From Syncephalis fuscata S228 (lineage: Eukaryota; Fungi; Zoopagomycota), in the NCBI GenBank assembly GCA_025786725.1, contig JAHLTZ010000013.1:372001-436000 (forward strand): DNA of 64,000 bases. The letters run 5' to 3'. Position 1 is the stretch's first letter, and each line of letters opens with the position of its first letter. The notes beneath the pieces are model-generated. The model searched no databases, was not told where the DNA came from, and was given only the letters and a program-made list of their open reading frames with translations. Positions 38,892 to 52,790 of this stretch are shown one piece after another. Both the position numbers and the translations under genes were made by a program.

Positions 38892-40632
38892 ATGGGTAGT
38901 TCACAATCGCGCCCGGTGCGCTCTGGACGTAGTTGGTCGTTTGCCAACGGGGAAACACGTCGACGTGACCAAAGCGAGCGGAATAGCTTTGATTCGTATT
39001 ACGAACACCGTCGTTACCTCTCCGCCAATCGTTCTGTGTATTATGGTGACTCTGCTGCTATTACAGCACCTTCAACACCTAAAATCACTTTTGTTGATAG
39101 TGACCGTGTCAGTGATGCTGATAAATTGTCGCGAAACAGCAGTCTTCTGGATCGACTGCCTACTGCAGCACTTTTACTCAATGGGAAAAGTATCAGCTGC
39201 GGCAACCGATCACAACGATCAGCAACACTTCGTGAAACTAAATCCTACAAAATTGGCAGTAGTAACAGTCGACGACGTACAGGTCGCCCGCGTGCCAATA
39301 CAACGGCTAATCGATTGCGCAACTTGCTCGGCCGTATCTCTAGACAGCCACAAATTATAGGTGATGATGGTGAACTCATACGCATTGACAATCTGCCTTA
39401 TCATTCGACGTTTAATGAAGTGGATTTGGATCAGGAAATTGATCGGTAAGTAGCATGTCATTTATTATAATTAGATTATTAATGGGTTGATTAATTAATT
39501 TGGCATTATATTAGTCAACATATTGATCATTATATGTTACGTCTCGGTCTAAGTGGTAATCGTTTTTCCCCCGTCACTACACCAAGCTGTGTATTGGACA
39601 TTGGTACAGGCAGTGGTATTTGGATGCTGGTAAGTTATCGCTATCATTGCCACAATCTGGGGACTAGTTTATTTAGCAAGAGTATTAACTATTTAATTAG
39701 GAAATGGCAGTCGAATATCCAGAATGTGAATTTGTTGGTGTGGATATTGCCAATTACTCATATAGGGCGGCGGCGGATAACTGCGATTTCCGTAGAATGA
39801 ATATTCTTGATGGTAAGTAATGGACAAATTGTTCATGGTCCATGCCAAATCGACAACGACAATAATATAACATAAACAATATATTAATAATATTGTGTTG
39901 AATGGTATTATAGGATTACGTCTTCCAGACAATCGTTTCGACCTGGTGTTTCAGCGTACCGTGTCACCCAGTATACCGGCTGCTCAATGGCCGGCTCATC
40001 TTGCCGAGTGTGCTCGAGTCTGCCAGCCAGGCGGATGGGTCGAAATGATTGAAACCAGCGGATTTCTACTAGGACGTGATGGTTCAGAACCAACTACACC
40101 CGTTGCTGTACTCTACAATCGTTGTCTGCGTAGTCTTATGCATAAATCAGATATTGATCCTTCAATTTATCGTCGATTGGGCGAAATGTTCCGTGTGGCG
40201 GCCAATTTATCTGATGTACATCAACGTGTCTATCGAATTCCTATTGGTTATGGTGCACTAAACCGATCTAGTTTCTCTTCAACACACACGAGCAATGGTA
40301 GTAATAACGGTCTAAACTCATCACGTTCTTCAACTAGCGGTGGCAGCCATAATGGTATTAGTCCAGCTATGATATCACGCAGAGCTTCATTTGCTACTGT
40401 TCCGGGTAGTCCACGCTTGTTGCCTGGCAATGCTTCGCCTCAATTAGCACTTAGCGCTCGAATGGCCAAAGAAGTTGTGGCAGGCTATTTAAACCGCACT
40501 GTTCCTTTTGCGGTAAAAGCCGAACTTATCACCGAACAAGAGGCTTTTATGCTTCTAGGTGATGAATTGCGTGATGAAATTGAAAATCACGCATTTTATC
40601 TTGAATTTGTCGTTTGCTACGGTAAAAAATAA
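38892..40632 (+). CDS. SAM-dependent class I methyltransferase, LaeA-like, copy 1, with MGSSQS N-terminus
   Basis: EIDRQHIDHY; motif I VLDIGTGSGIW; EMAVEYPECEFVGVDI; LPDNRFDLVFQR; ECARVCQPGGWVEMIE; ends VVCYGKK*. Confidence 0.85.
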
Positions 40633-43129
40633 GCTCACTTTGGTGTCATTGCCACTAATAAGCTATTATTGGTTACATGAGCCGCAACACGTTGCGCTGT
40701 CGTTAGCAGCTCCATTTGCCTGACCAGCTTAAACAAAGAATTGGTTAGATAGTAGTATAGCAGGAGTTACTTGCCGTATATTCTGCCTACGATAATCAGC
40801 ACTCCTTATCAACCACCTCCAACTAACTGTTTGCAACTGTATATAGACCCTATTACATCTTCAATACGCTGCATTATTTATTCGGCCTTTGCTGAGCCAC
40901 CTTTTTGGCATCTTTACTTTTTGCAGTTTCTTTCGTATTTTTATCACGACCATCTTCCTTTTTGTTACGATGGATTTACACTTTTTTGCGTGCACCGAAC
41001 GCTTGTTCCTTTAGCATTGCATCTCTTATCCCCTTTTTCTACGTTTATATCTCTTATCCACTGCTGCAGCAATGTTTTTTCTTTTGCGCATGCTGTATTC
41101 AGCTTTTTCTTGCCTGACATCTTCCGTTAGGTGTTCGTTCTACGTTCATTATAGATGCGTTTTAGTTGATGTTTCTTCTAATGTCCAACAAGGCAGGCTG
41201 TATTTCTTTTTGTCAGTCTTTGCTAAAGTAGGACAGCCTACTCCGTATTATTTCGTTTTTTTGTCGGAACCATATAGATAGGTAGACTATATACACGCAA
41301 TCAACTATCAATATTGCTCTATTGTTTTCATCTTGCTTTGGATGATAATAATAGATATATTTAAATTTGATTTGCAATAGACTCTTTTTTCCAATTAAAA
41401 GTGCTCAGCTTTTTGCTGCGTTACAATAATAAACTTGCGTTTACAAAAATTCTAATTATCTTAAAAGTTGTAAAAATGATTATATCGCTGCTATTAATGT
41501 ATATGTATGTAGTAAATAGATATTATCATATTTATCGTATTACACTCATAAATTGTTTATGTTCAAATCGTGTTAAATATTTTAAATTATATTCTGCAAT
41601 TGAATCAAATTATTTTTATAAAATCTATTAAGCCCAATTGACATTACTTATCTGGCAACATATAGTAGAGATTAGAATACGCGTATTTGTAATACAAATA
41701 ACATTGAATTACATAAATATACGCAATAACTCATAAAAATTTACCATGTTTCTAAAATATACATTTATATACAACAATGATTTTATAACTTAACTCCAAC
41801 TATATAACATTAAAATAGCAATTGTCTAGCCATGTACTATATCTAATCTAAGCGCATAAAGTTCAAACGTCTGAAAATAGTGTTTTTTGAAACGCTGATC
41901 ATGTTAGTGTTACATTCTGTTGATAAAAAAAGATCATACAAATATGGATATCGATTTGCCAAGCACTTCCTTTCTTACTATACTCGTGCTACCCTTTACA
42001 GCAGATCATCGATAACCATTATGGGTAACGGTGTAGTTATTTGCCATTATCATTTTTTACACTACTCTATTCCAAGACGTATTAACGAGCACAATGAATA
42101 CATTTGACTAATAACTAGAATAATTATTGAATGTACTTCACAATAGCTAGTTTTTTCTTGTTAATAAAATAAATACTTGTTTAAACTGGATCCTACAGCT
42201 GTTAGTAAACCGGATATCAGTTTTATTATCCGTCAGCCAGTCCGTCCAGCACCATCTATTTTACGCACAAATGTATCAATGCGAGCAGAGGCCTGTCTAT
42301 AGTTTACCTGTTGAGTGTCGCTCTCATATCTATATACAAACACACACACATACGCATGCGTGTTGTTTATCCACCATTTGCCCCCCGTGTAAAACAGACG
42401 ACGGCGGTCATGTTTCCGTCTTGTGTAGCCAAGCAGGTTTTGCAGAACGCCGAGCATTGATACACCTAAAGAATATTCGTCGTTTACCTTTGTGGTTTAA
42501 AGACAGCGTCAAACTCGACGAGTCATATAGCCTTTCTGTTATTCGTATCGTTTTTTATCTCTATCTCGTTAGTAGTTTATCGACGTATTATCTGTATAGC
42601 CAACTATTAGCTTATCGTTTAGTAGTCAATTTGGACTTTCTTAGTATTTACTATTCTATTATTTGTAAGTACGGCAACTATGTGGATTATCATAATGTGA
42701 AATCATCTAGTTTTCAATATTTTAAAGCATTTTATTATCTCTGTTTTTTGAAATAAGACGTTTTACATATGTGCGCGAGTGAATAGTGGGAAAGTGGAGT
42801 GGCGGGAACTGAGGTACCCTTCATATCACTTGACCTTTTAGCGTTAAACATGCCATGGACTGCATGTTCGGTAGTATGCATCCGTTTGCAGTTAAAGCCA
42901 TGGAATGGTAACAGGTATTTATTACATGCTTTCTCGACGTATATTTCAAACGCTGTTCTATCCTTTACAATTAGTGAATTATTGCTCTTATCGCTATCTA
43001 GTGGATATTGTTCATTATTAACCGTATGTTTTATCTATCGCTATTTAGTTGTGCTGAATAGCAAGACATTTATCCGATTATTTCAATATTCATATACACA
43101 ACATTTGGCTCTATTAGTTAGCATACTAA

Positions 43130-45162
43130 ATGGGCAGTCAACAATCGACGTTGCAGCCAGAGCCGGTACCACAGGCTCAGCCTCCAGGCCGCCCAGCCCG
43201 ATTACGTCGACGCGCTCGTCAGCCAGCTCAGCAAAGTCCGCAAAAGGCTCGTAAAAGCTATGCGGACGCCAGTATTGATGATCCTATCTCGCGGCTTTCT
43301 ATCGGAATATATGAACGCAAAGGCAAATCATTAAGTTTGGTAAGAGTTAGCGAAGATGCTGGTTCATATCGTAGCTCGGAGGAAGGCTTTGGCGAAAACG
43401 AAAAACATTACTACAACAAAAATATTATTAAATCAAATTTAAGCCGACAGACCAGCTACGCTGAAAACATGCAAGCAACTACAAAACCGCGTAAACTTAT
43501 TCGTAAAGCAAGCAAACCCGATATGGCAGCCAGGCCGATTAAAATTAATGGCAGTCGACATGAGACATTGGCAAGAAGCAGCCAGGAAGCTATACAATGC
43601 AACTGTTCAAAGTCTTTACCCAATAACTATCAATCAAAGACAAGTATGACAATGTCGCGATCCTCCTCCGACTGTACTAGTGTTATGGATGGCAGATTGA
43701 GCCGCAATAGCTCTTTCCGTGGCCATAGCCGTAATAGCAGTGTTCGTTCCGGCTACAGCACAGATACATCGCAAAAACGCCGACGACGTGGTCTACGTAA
43801 GTCACTCTCGTTCCGCTTATCGTCGACGCGACAATATGACGACTTCAGTGGCTCATTTCCGCTTGATGCGTCAGCGTCAAATAACTGGACTGGAGAACAA
43901 TCAGGAGCAACATTGTTAACAGCTGCTGCCACGGCTGGCTCATACAACTGGAGACGTTCTATGGATGCCGATGCGTATAGTAGACGGCAATACACACCTA
44001 CCCAACACAATGCACTTTCAACAACTTCACTTAATGGTCAAAATGGCGAGCAATCTCGCTCAAAATCACTTGACTTGCCACCAAATGCGGCGGAAGACGT
44101 TACACGCGGTAGAACGACAAAGCGTATAAGACGTAAGCGTAGTAAGTCCAAATCACTCCAGCGGCCAGTTCATCAGTACATTATGGGCCGTCGCTATCAT
44201 AACGTTCAAAGCGCGCCTTATTGCTTACCCAACGATGCAGAAGAATCGGATAGGTATGCAACGGTAATTAATATTTAAATTATAATATTTTAACGGCTAT
44301 GCAATTAGATTGGATCAGCAACACTACATTTTACGTGCCCTTTTTGGCAAGAACTATCTGGCTCCCATTGATAGACCTGCGTACGCTCTTGATATCGGCT
44401 GTGGTACCGGTACCTGGCAGATGGTAATATAAATTTGCAACTAAATTACTATTTACTAACAGTTTATTCTATCAGGAAATGGCGGCAGATTTTCCTACTA
44501 CCGAATTCATCGGCATTGACATTTCACCAATTCAACCGTCCACGTGTATTCCTGTTAATTGCCATTTTGAAATAGCCAACATGCTTGACCGTAAGTTTTA
44601 TTGCGTGCTTTATATTTGTTTATTAATCGTATATTTGTTATTTACAGCATTACCATTTGCGGATCAAAGATTTGGCTATGTACACCAACGTCTTACTTCA
44701 TTTGGCGTCCCTGAAGATAGTCTAGATTTGTTACTCGGAGAACACGCTCGTATTTGCAGCCCTGGCGGTTGGCTTGAATTGTTGGAAACGGACTGGGAGC
44801 CACGCGATGGCGGTGAAGGCGCTGCGCTATGGAGCGAATACCTGCAACAGCTGTGTATAAAACGAGGAAGTAATCCACGGGCTATTTTTGAGCTTGTGCC
44901 TAGTATTGAGGATGCCGGATTTACCGATGTTCGTCGACTTATGGTCCAATTGCCACTTGGCAGTTGGGGAGGAATGATTGGCACGCAGGCGCGCAAAATC
45001 ATTTTTAATGCATGGGAAGCACTCCGTGGACCAATGCTTGAAAACGAGATCGCTACAACCGAAGAGTTTGACCGAGTACTTTTAATGCTCGACACGGAGC
45101 TGGATGAACGTCCAATGTGGCTATGCCTGATTGTTTATCTTGGAAAGCGAGAAATGCCTTAA
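43130..45162 (+). CDS. SAM-dependent class I methyltransferase, LaeA-like, copy 2, with MGSQQS N-terminus and ~370-aa disordered tail
   Basis: GRRYHNVQSAPYCLPNDAEESDRLDQQHY; ALDIGCGTGTW; EMAADFPTTEFIGIDISP; LPFADQRFGYVHQR; RICSPGGWLELLE; LPLGSWGG. Confidence 0.9.
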
Positions 45163-45852
45163 AGATGCATAGTCTCTCTCTAAATGCTTATTCAGTTCTA
45201 TAGCTATTTCGCCCGCTTTGCTTTGTCGTTCGTTTTAATTGTGCATTATTATGCCAACTAAGCGATATATTTTATCGCTGATACAATATTTGTTTTTTTA
45301 ATTTCTGGAAATAAAGCCATGTACACTTTTATATACATTTACCATTATAGTTTATTACAATATAAACCAGTTTATTAAAAATCAAATAGGCATTATTTTA
45401 GCCTCGCTTTGATTCAGTTTTAGTTTTCGTGTTATATTAAATAGTATTTGTTGTCTCAGTTTGCATATTGTTAAACTGAGACAACGCTATTAAAAAAATG
45501 CTACACTCCGTTACAATGTCGCGTTTAATTGGTCAATAGTATTGCTTAATTATAAACAATATTGTGCTTATTAATAATATTTATTTATGTTACTCTATTC
45601 TGCATTATGTTTGGGTGGCTATAATTTCAAATGCATTAATAAAAGGTTATGCTATATTACAAAATAATGCACGGCAAATATAGCTTATTGGCAATGTTTA
45701 TTTTGTTAATAGCTTGTTGATGACAAGAATAGAACTAAAATACTACTGAACGTGTTTACTTAGTTTATTATCTTACTAAATATAAAGCCCAGTCGTGAGA
45801 TAAAGCATTACAATGCCATATAGACCACTTAGTAAAATATTAGACGAAGATC

Positions 45853-47322
45853 CTAGCTGTTACTTTGTCCACTGGACGAACTTTCTTTAACGCTACCGTC
45901 ACTTGTTTGTTTAGAGTCGATACTGAAATCAACGACCCTGCTATAGAGCATGAGGTTTGGCGCTGCATCGCCGCTCTTGATTCCTTGCAAAACTCCCTTG
46001 GTTGCTGCATTGACAATTGCCTGCTTGACCTTTCAGGCGACATGGCACCTTTCTCACCCAGTAGCAGAGCAACAACACCTGTTACATAAGGTGTAGAAAA
46101 CGAAGTACCGCCATTAGTGACTTTGTCAGTGCCAAGATTGTTTGAAATCGATACAACATCAGAGCCAGGTGCAAACAAGGTCACGCATTTTCCAGTATTA
46201 GAGAATGAGGCGACCTTGTCGTTTTTATCGGTTGCGCCTACTGAAATAACACTAGGCGACGATGAAGGCGAGTGGTTACACGAATCAAAAGGTACGTTTT
46301 GCTCGCCGCTATTGCCTGCCGATGTCTACAAGATAGAATAGTTGTTTAATAAAATAATAGCAACAATTATGCTGAATACTCACCACAACGGTTATACCAG
46401 CTGCCGTTAATTGTTCAACAGCACGATTTAGCACCTCATTAAACGGCGCACCCGATGACATACTATAAATAACGAACTGTATTAAAGCGGTGTAACAGCA
46501 CTTGCTATAATCACACTTACTTAACAACAGTTTTCTTATTTGAGCTGCTGTTGTGTTGGCTAAGCACCCAGTTGAGTCCTTGATAACGTCTTCGGTCGTT
46601 TGATCGCCTTTCTTACGGTAAACCTTGACTGAGATCAAGTTGGCTTTCTTTGCAACGCCAAACTGCTTGCCTGCAATAACGCCTGCAACAAACGTGCCAT
46701 GACCAAAATCATCGACTGGTGGATCGTTTTTGCCAGGTCCAAACACTGCGCCCCAAGTTGCACGTCCCTTGATATCTGGATTATTTACATTAATACCAGT
46801 ATCTACTACGTAAACATTGACCCTTCGCCAGCCGAGTTAGGATACGCGTATTGCTTGTCCAGTGGAAGCTTTTTCTGGTCAATTCGATCGAGTCCCTGAG
46901 TAATAATAAAACATTAATAAGATAATAGTTACAGTTTATATTTCTACTTACCCAGCTTAAAGGATTTTCTTCAGCAGTGCCTGATGGAACGGCTGCACAA
47001 AGACTGATGGGCACTTCGTCTTGTATATAGTCTATATGACCTGAACGCGTCAATTCTTGTAAAGTATGGTCTGGAATTCGACCGCTTATATAGTTGAGAC
47101 GACCAATTGACTTGACATCAACGCCATAGCCTAGATCTCCTGTGTGTCTAGATCTTTTCCAAGCAGTGCGATACGACGCTGATGTAGGCCTATAAAGTTT
47201 TTACAACGTTGCCCAAGTATATCGGTACTATTTGCTGCATTAGTGACAGCACTGCTGTCTAGTAATACAGCAGCCAGTGCCAATACCTGTAGCACTGGAC
47301 GGGTTATTGGATTGTAACGCAT
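45853..47322 (-). CDS. Secreted subtilisin (S8A, proteinase-K-like) with signal peptide and I9-type propeptide; four apparent 1-nt frameshifts
   Basis: Signal MRYNPITRPVLQVLALAAVLL; WGLDRIDQ; catalytic Asp VYVVDTGI (after frame correction); His DDFGHGTFVAG; oxyanion SAGN; Ser GTSFSTPYVTG. Confidence 0.85.
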
Positions 47323-48909
47323 TTTTTTACAAGAATTGACAGAGCAAACACGTTCACGTTAGGATAAATGGACAATTGGGTGTAACGGCTTGCTTAATAG
47401 CCGCCAGAGTCTGCCTTTTATTTAAGATTAAACAGTTACTCATGCATAGAAAATATTTTTAAAACCCGCCAATGTAAGCCGTTGAGATTTCCCATAAAGG
47501 TTTGTTCTACCTGATCCCTGCATGGGAAAGTGCAGCCCAATGCTGCAAACTAGCCAGCTATTTGCTGTCAACTATGATGCTATCCGATAAGCTGTCACTC
47601 GGTAAAAATAATTACCACAATCAGCGATAGTGCTATTCACTATCTTGCTATTATGGTCAGATTGCTGTAATAGTCTGACTCTGAAATACATCATATGACT
47701 GAACAACATATTATATGTGAATATTCACAAGAACAGTGTATATACTTATCGGATATCAGCATTAATTACCAATGGTAAACAACTATTAAGGAGATATTAT
47801 CAGCAAATGATTTCTAGTTGCGGATATTATTACTACTAACGTGAGCTAATAAGACCATGTTTAGAAAATGAAAAATTACAAAGTGTTCAAGTTTATCGTT
47901 AACTATATTTATTATAGAGTAATAGCTTTATTTATTATCAATAAAGATCATTCGTTTTAGTTTCATTTTATTTCTCTCTAATATCTTAAATAGCTATTTA
48001 GCTTATCACTGTCCAAATATAATAATCAATGACAATCATAAAGTAGCCTATCTTAAAGCATAGATTATAGTGTCTCGATTGACTGATAGCAAATAGATAA
48101 AACATCAAAAACTAAATATATAGAGTAACTTTAGGATATGAGTTTGCTTGGCTATCTAATCTATAGCTTCTAAGATCAAAATTATAATAACACTATCGTT
48201 TATTTAACAAGTAGCATCAACTAAATTGTCTGGTTATAACAATGCCTCGCTTCTAATTGACATGGTTATCATTAAACATAATATTTGTTATGTGTAATAA
48301 TAATCTGTGCTTTAAATGTAATCTTTGCTATTTCTAATCGTTAAAACCGTCTTAAAGCATGCTTCTAATGTAATTATGTGATAAAAGCAATGAAAATAAA
48401 ATAAAACAATAGTAATTATCTAATCAATAAAGCATTGCTAAGATTACACGTGAATAGCTAAAAACAATACATATTGAGTATCAGTACTAGTTACTAGTAT
48501 CTAGCAGCTATTACGAAGATATGAAAAGTAAATGTTTATTATTTGTAAATATATGAGTAACTAAATGAATGCTACTGCTGCATTAATAATAATTACTGCA
48601 AATCATTCAAACTCTATTGTTAGCTATCCTTACTATATAGTTATGACTCTGCTTAATATCAATAAAGACAACGAGTTTTTAATCCATCTTATTCCTACTT
48701 GGTGCGTACAAATTACATAGTTTATTATAGCCGCATTGTAATAATTAATGCCCAATAAGTTATTACCAAATCACTACTAACCAATCAATACATTGTATTC
48801 TACGTATAAATTAGATGTAGTAGACGCTAAAAATTACACTGTATGGTAATGCCCGTATAACATATTGCTTGATCATCTAAGATACAATCTCTAAAATCAG
48901 AGCTGTACA

Positions 48910-49988
48910 CTATTGTAGCTGCGTATTTAATCGGTAAAGTGTATCTACACACGAAACTTCCATACGGATATCTGCCCAGCTATCACCACGAGTTGATCCG
49001 ATATTAATCATAGCGATCTCTCGTGGCTTTGCCTTTCTTAGTACACGCATAGCCGATCCCACGGCCAGTGATGTTCCCATTACCAATAGGGCAGTGCTAT
49101 TGTTTATAATCTCATCAACAGCATTGTGCACGTGACGAGGAATACTTTCTCCAAAGAACACAACATTTGGTTTGTAAATACCGCCACAGTTAAAACAGCT
49201 TGGATAATTAAAATTCGTGTGAGATAAAATTTGTCGATGCTTCGAAGCAACGGCATATTCTGCTGCCGATTTTGGTTCTATACGAATATGCTGTTCCTTC
49301 AATGGTAATGCTGCTCCACGCCTAGAATAGCCGCTATTTCTACATCACCATCTGGTGTCATTTTCCACGTCTCGCCAAAATTAGCATCCGTTGGTTTATG
49401 AGCGGCAATTGAAAAATGCCTTTGAGCTGCAGCCCAGTCAGGATTCAGCTCTTCGAGCCATAGCTGCATCCGGTCTCTTTCTACGATGTCTGCGCACTGC
49501 GTGCAACTTACCTGACGCAATGCGCCGTGTAGCTCAACTACGCCAGTAGTGCCAGCGGCCAAGTGCAACCCGTCAACATTCTGCGTTATCCCGTGGGGAC
49601 AAAACCAACCGCGCCGCTGTAGCTGCGCAAGGGCTATATGGCCACGATTTGGCTGTGCCTTCTGCATCGGCAGGTATCCAAAAAACGACCGGGCCCAGTA
49701 CCGCTGCCGGAGGCCGAGTCCCGCATAAACTCCTGGTAGAATGTAACTTTATAGTTGGGATTCCGTGTATAAACGCCATTTTTTCCTCGATAGTCGGGAA
49801 TGCCTGACTCGGTACTAAATCCTTATAGTCCACCCGTCAATGAGCCGTCTCAAGCCAGCTCTCCTTCACCTACCTGCGCCTGTAAGAAATGTGATACCAC
49901 CGCGGTGTCGACCGAAGAAATTTACCAACAGCTCAGTTGCTGCTTCAACAGAATGCTGCGTTTTGCCGAGTTGGCTGACGTATGACAT
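48910..49988 (-). CDS. SIRT4: NAD-dependent deacylase, class II sirtuin (SIRT4-like); start uncertain (possibly ~50048); two apparent frameshifts
   Basis: FLTGAGFSTESGIPDYRG; RQRYWARSFFGY; ITQNVDGLH; VELHG; PDGDVEI; zinc-binding CxxC pairs; KPNVVFFGE; LLVMGTSLAV. Confidence 0.85.
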
Positions 49989-50391
49989 GGCAGGAAGATT
50001 GTATGACGAGGTCGCCTTTGGCTGCAAACATATTTAAATAACCACCATTGTAGTACGATCATCGATAATTATCGATAACCATTAGTACTGGGTGCTAAAG
50101 CCCACTACAGCTTAATAAAATATTTGTATTTCAAAAGCCGTCTTTATTCGAATATAGAACTGAATATTCTTTGTTTAAAGTAATTATAAGATTGTTGATT
50201 TACTTTATTAATAAATAACAACCGTTTATTACAAGCTGCCTATAGCCATGAATTAAACAAATTTAATTACTTTATTAGCTACTATACATTTATATATATA
50301 AATAAAAGCACCAGCTACTATTGCATCAAGTATTACTAGTATAAGCATCCTACTTGCAAAGAGCATGGTATTGCAAATCATTGATTGTTTA

Positions 50392-52688
50392 TTATACAGA
50401 AACGACGGCCGACCCTTTTAGAAACCATAGATTTGGTTTCCAAATTTGTACACTACTTTCTTGGTGATTGGTCGATGCTATCGAAGCAATAACACCAGGA
50501 ATACGAGGATGCCATGCTATTTGTTTAATCGGTGCGCTATAGGCAATAGCCATTAATAACTCATAACTAGCTTTAGAAATCGCACTTACTAATGCGCAAA
50601 ATGTCGGAAAATAAGTGCCGTATCATCTAATGTTGTTCCTATAACCTAATCAATATAAATAGATTAATAGCTAGTTACAGTAAGTAGCTTATGGCATATT
50701 AATATAACATACCTCTTTCTCGGCATTAACCAGAGTCATGCTCATATCACTCGAACCAGTAGCAAATACATTCGATAGATGAGGTGACCATCGAACACAA
50801 GTGACAGGTTTAGAGTGATATTTAAATTGTTTAATGGGCTCATTCTAGAATAGCTGTCAATATCATCAAATATAATTTTACAATGTCTATTTACTTGCCA
50901 TAGCATTGCTCGAATGTTTCCGCATATCCCATAGCAATACATTGCCTTCAGTGCTACCACAAAGTAACTGATATACTTGTTTTGTATTCCAGCTACACGT
51001 CAATAAAGGGGCAGGCTGATGCATTTTAACCTGTCCAACCGCCGTAACATTATTAATACCGATTGCTTTTTACTATTTGATCACTTACTACACCAAGTGA
51101 TTTTTGTCGTAAATCCCATACTAATAATTTTCCATCATTAGTCACACCACAGAACCAATGACCACCAGGATGTTTATCAAGCTCACAAATCAAACTTGTT
51201 TTATCACCAAGTCTTGTTCGACTGTATTAATACCAGTGTATATCTAGTGGCTACATTTTGAAATACTTACGAATTCGACATTACTGCCGGTGTTTCTGGT
51301 CGATTTCGGTCATAACATACAAACTGTCCACTCATAGCTAAATAATCCAATGAGTTAATTGGTTGGTGGTTAACCAATACCTTGTTCTACGTACCACCAT
51401 TAACAATATACTGAGAAGTAACACATATACCAGGACCAGGACGACAATCAAGTGTTTTAAACCTATATAGTCATCGTGTAAGTTTTCTATTCTACTTATT
51501 GCCGTTCACTGCTATTAATTACGCTTTACAATGGGCCACCGTTTGAGTATCTAGACTAGCATATTGATACAATGTATTCTCTCCCGCAGTTACAACACCT
51601 CCATCTTCATCTGTACTATTGTTATTATATAACATTACAATTAATACAAGTAAAAATATATAAGCACTCTATTACTTGCATTAAATTACGCAATTTAGCA
51701 TCAGGATGCTCAACAGAAATCGTCTCCTGTATTCTCTAATTCAGCTGTTAGTCTCTTATGACCACCCACTTATGACCGTTAGCTATTCACCTCAGATGAC
51801 GATGAAGTACCATCAAATATACCGTGTAAATTATCCCATTGTTCTCCAGCATTGACAGGCAATTTAATATTGGCCAATGTTAATAATTCCATGGGTTGCC
51901 GTGATAAATAACTGTCACCGCTCTGATCTCTTCCATTTTCTCTTCTTTCTGATTGATGTACACCTAAAACAACAAATCCAATATGTGTGCTGTCAATACA
52001 AATAATGATTATTTAATTCATTTAGTTTACCATAGATTAATTTATGAGCTCCATTAACATTTACTTCAGTATTTGCCCATGATATAGCAAACAATTTAGT
52101 ATTTGCATCATATTTCCTCTCAATCAAATACTCGTATAACATTGGTACATTTTCACGCCAGCTTTCTTTTATCAAACTATCGCTATTACGCCATGCTGGC
52201 TGCTGTTGTGGCTGTTGTACTGGTGGCTGTGGTAACAATGCACCTATACGTGCTCTAACCGTGCCCATTTCAATTCTTCGCTTTCTACCTGTATAACTGC
52301 TGCCATGGCTATTATTATGCTCATGACTAGAATCTGGTGTTGTGTTGCGGTCTTTATACGAAGAAGAAGAAGAAAAGCGCGTATCTTGTGCTGTTTTACG
52401 ATAATTGCTATTTGAATCTCTATTGCTTTCACGACCTCGATGAGCATTATAGTTTGAATTGTTTAGACTACGGTCTTGTCGACCAGAACGTTCTTTATGA
52501 TGGCCACGCCGGTCATTATTGCGACTGTAAGTAGATCTTGAATTCTCGCTATTGCTATTGTCATGGTTGTACTCATCGTCTCGTTTCCTACGATAAGTGT
52601 TATTGCTATGAGAGTAGTCGTTATGGTTACTATTATTCGAAGAGTGACCGTGGCTATAAGTGTTATTATATCGATTTCGTCTGGACAT
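50392..52688 (-). CDS. Divergent RBBP4/Msi1/Hat2-like WD40 protein with long R/S/N-rich N-terminal extension, multi-exon
   Basis: LIKESWRENVPMLYEYLI resembles the CAF1C H4-binding helix (WKKNxPxLYD); LLTLANIKLP; WDLRQ; C-terminal SAPIKQIAWHPRIPGVIAS...VQIWKP. Confidence 0.65.
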
Positions 52689-52790
52689 GACTATCAAGTG
52701 TAAATACGTAATAAAAAGAAAATACTAAAATGAATTATTTTATTTAGTCATTTTTATATTTACTACTACTATGATTAGTACGATTATCGA

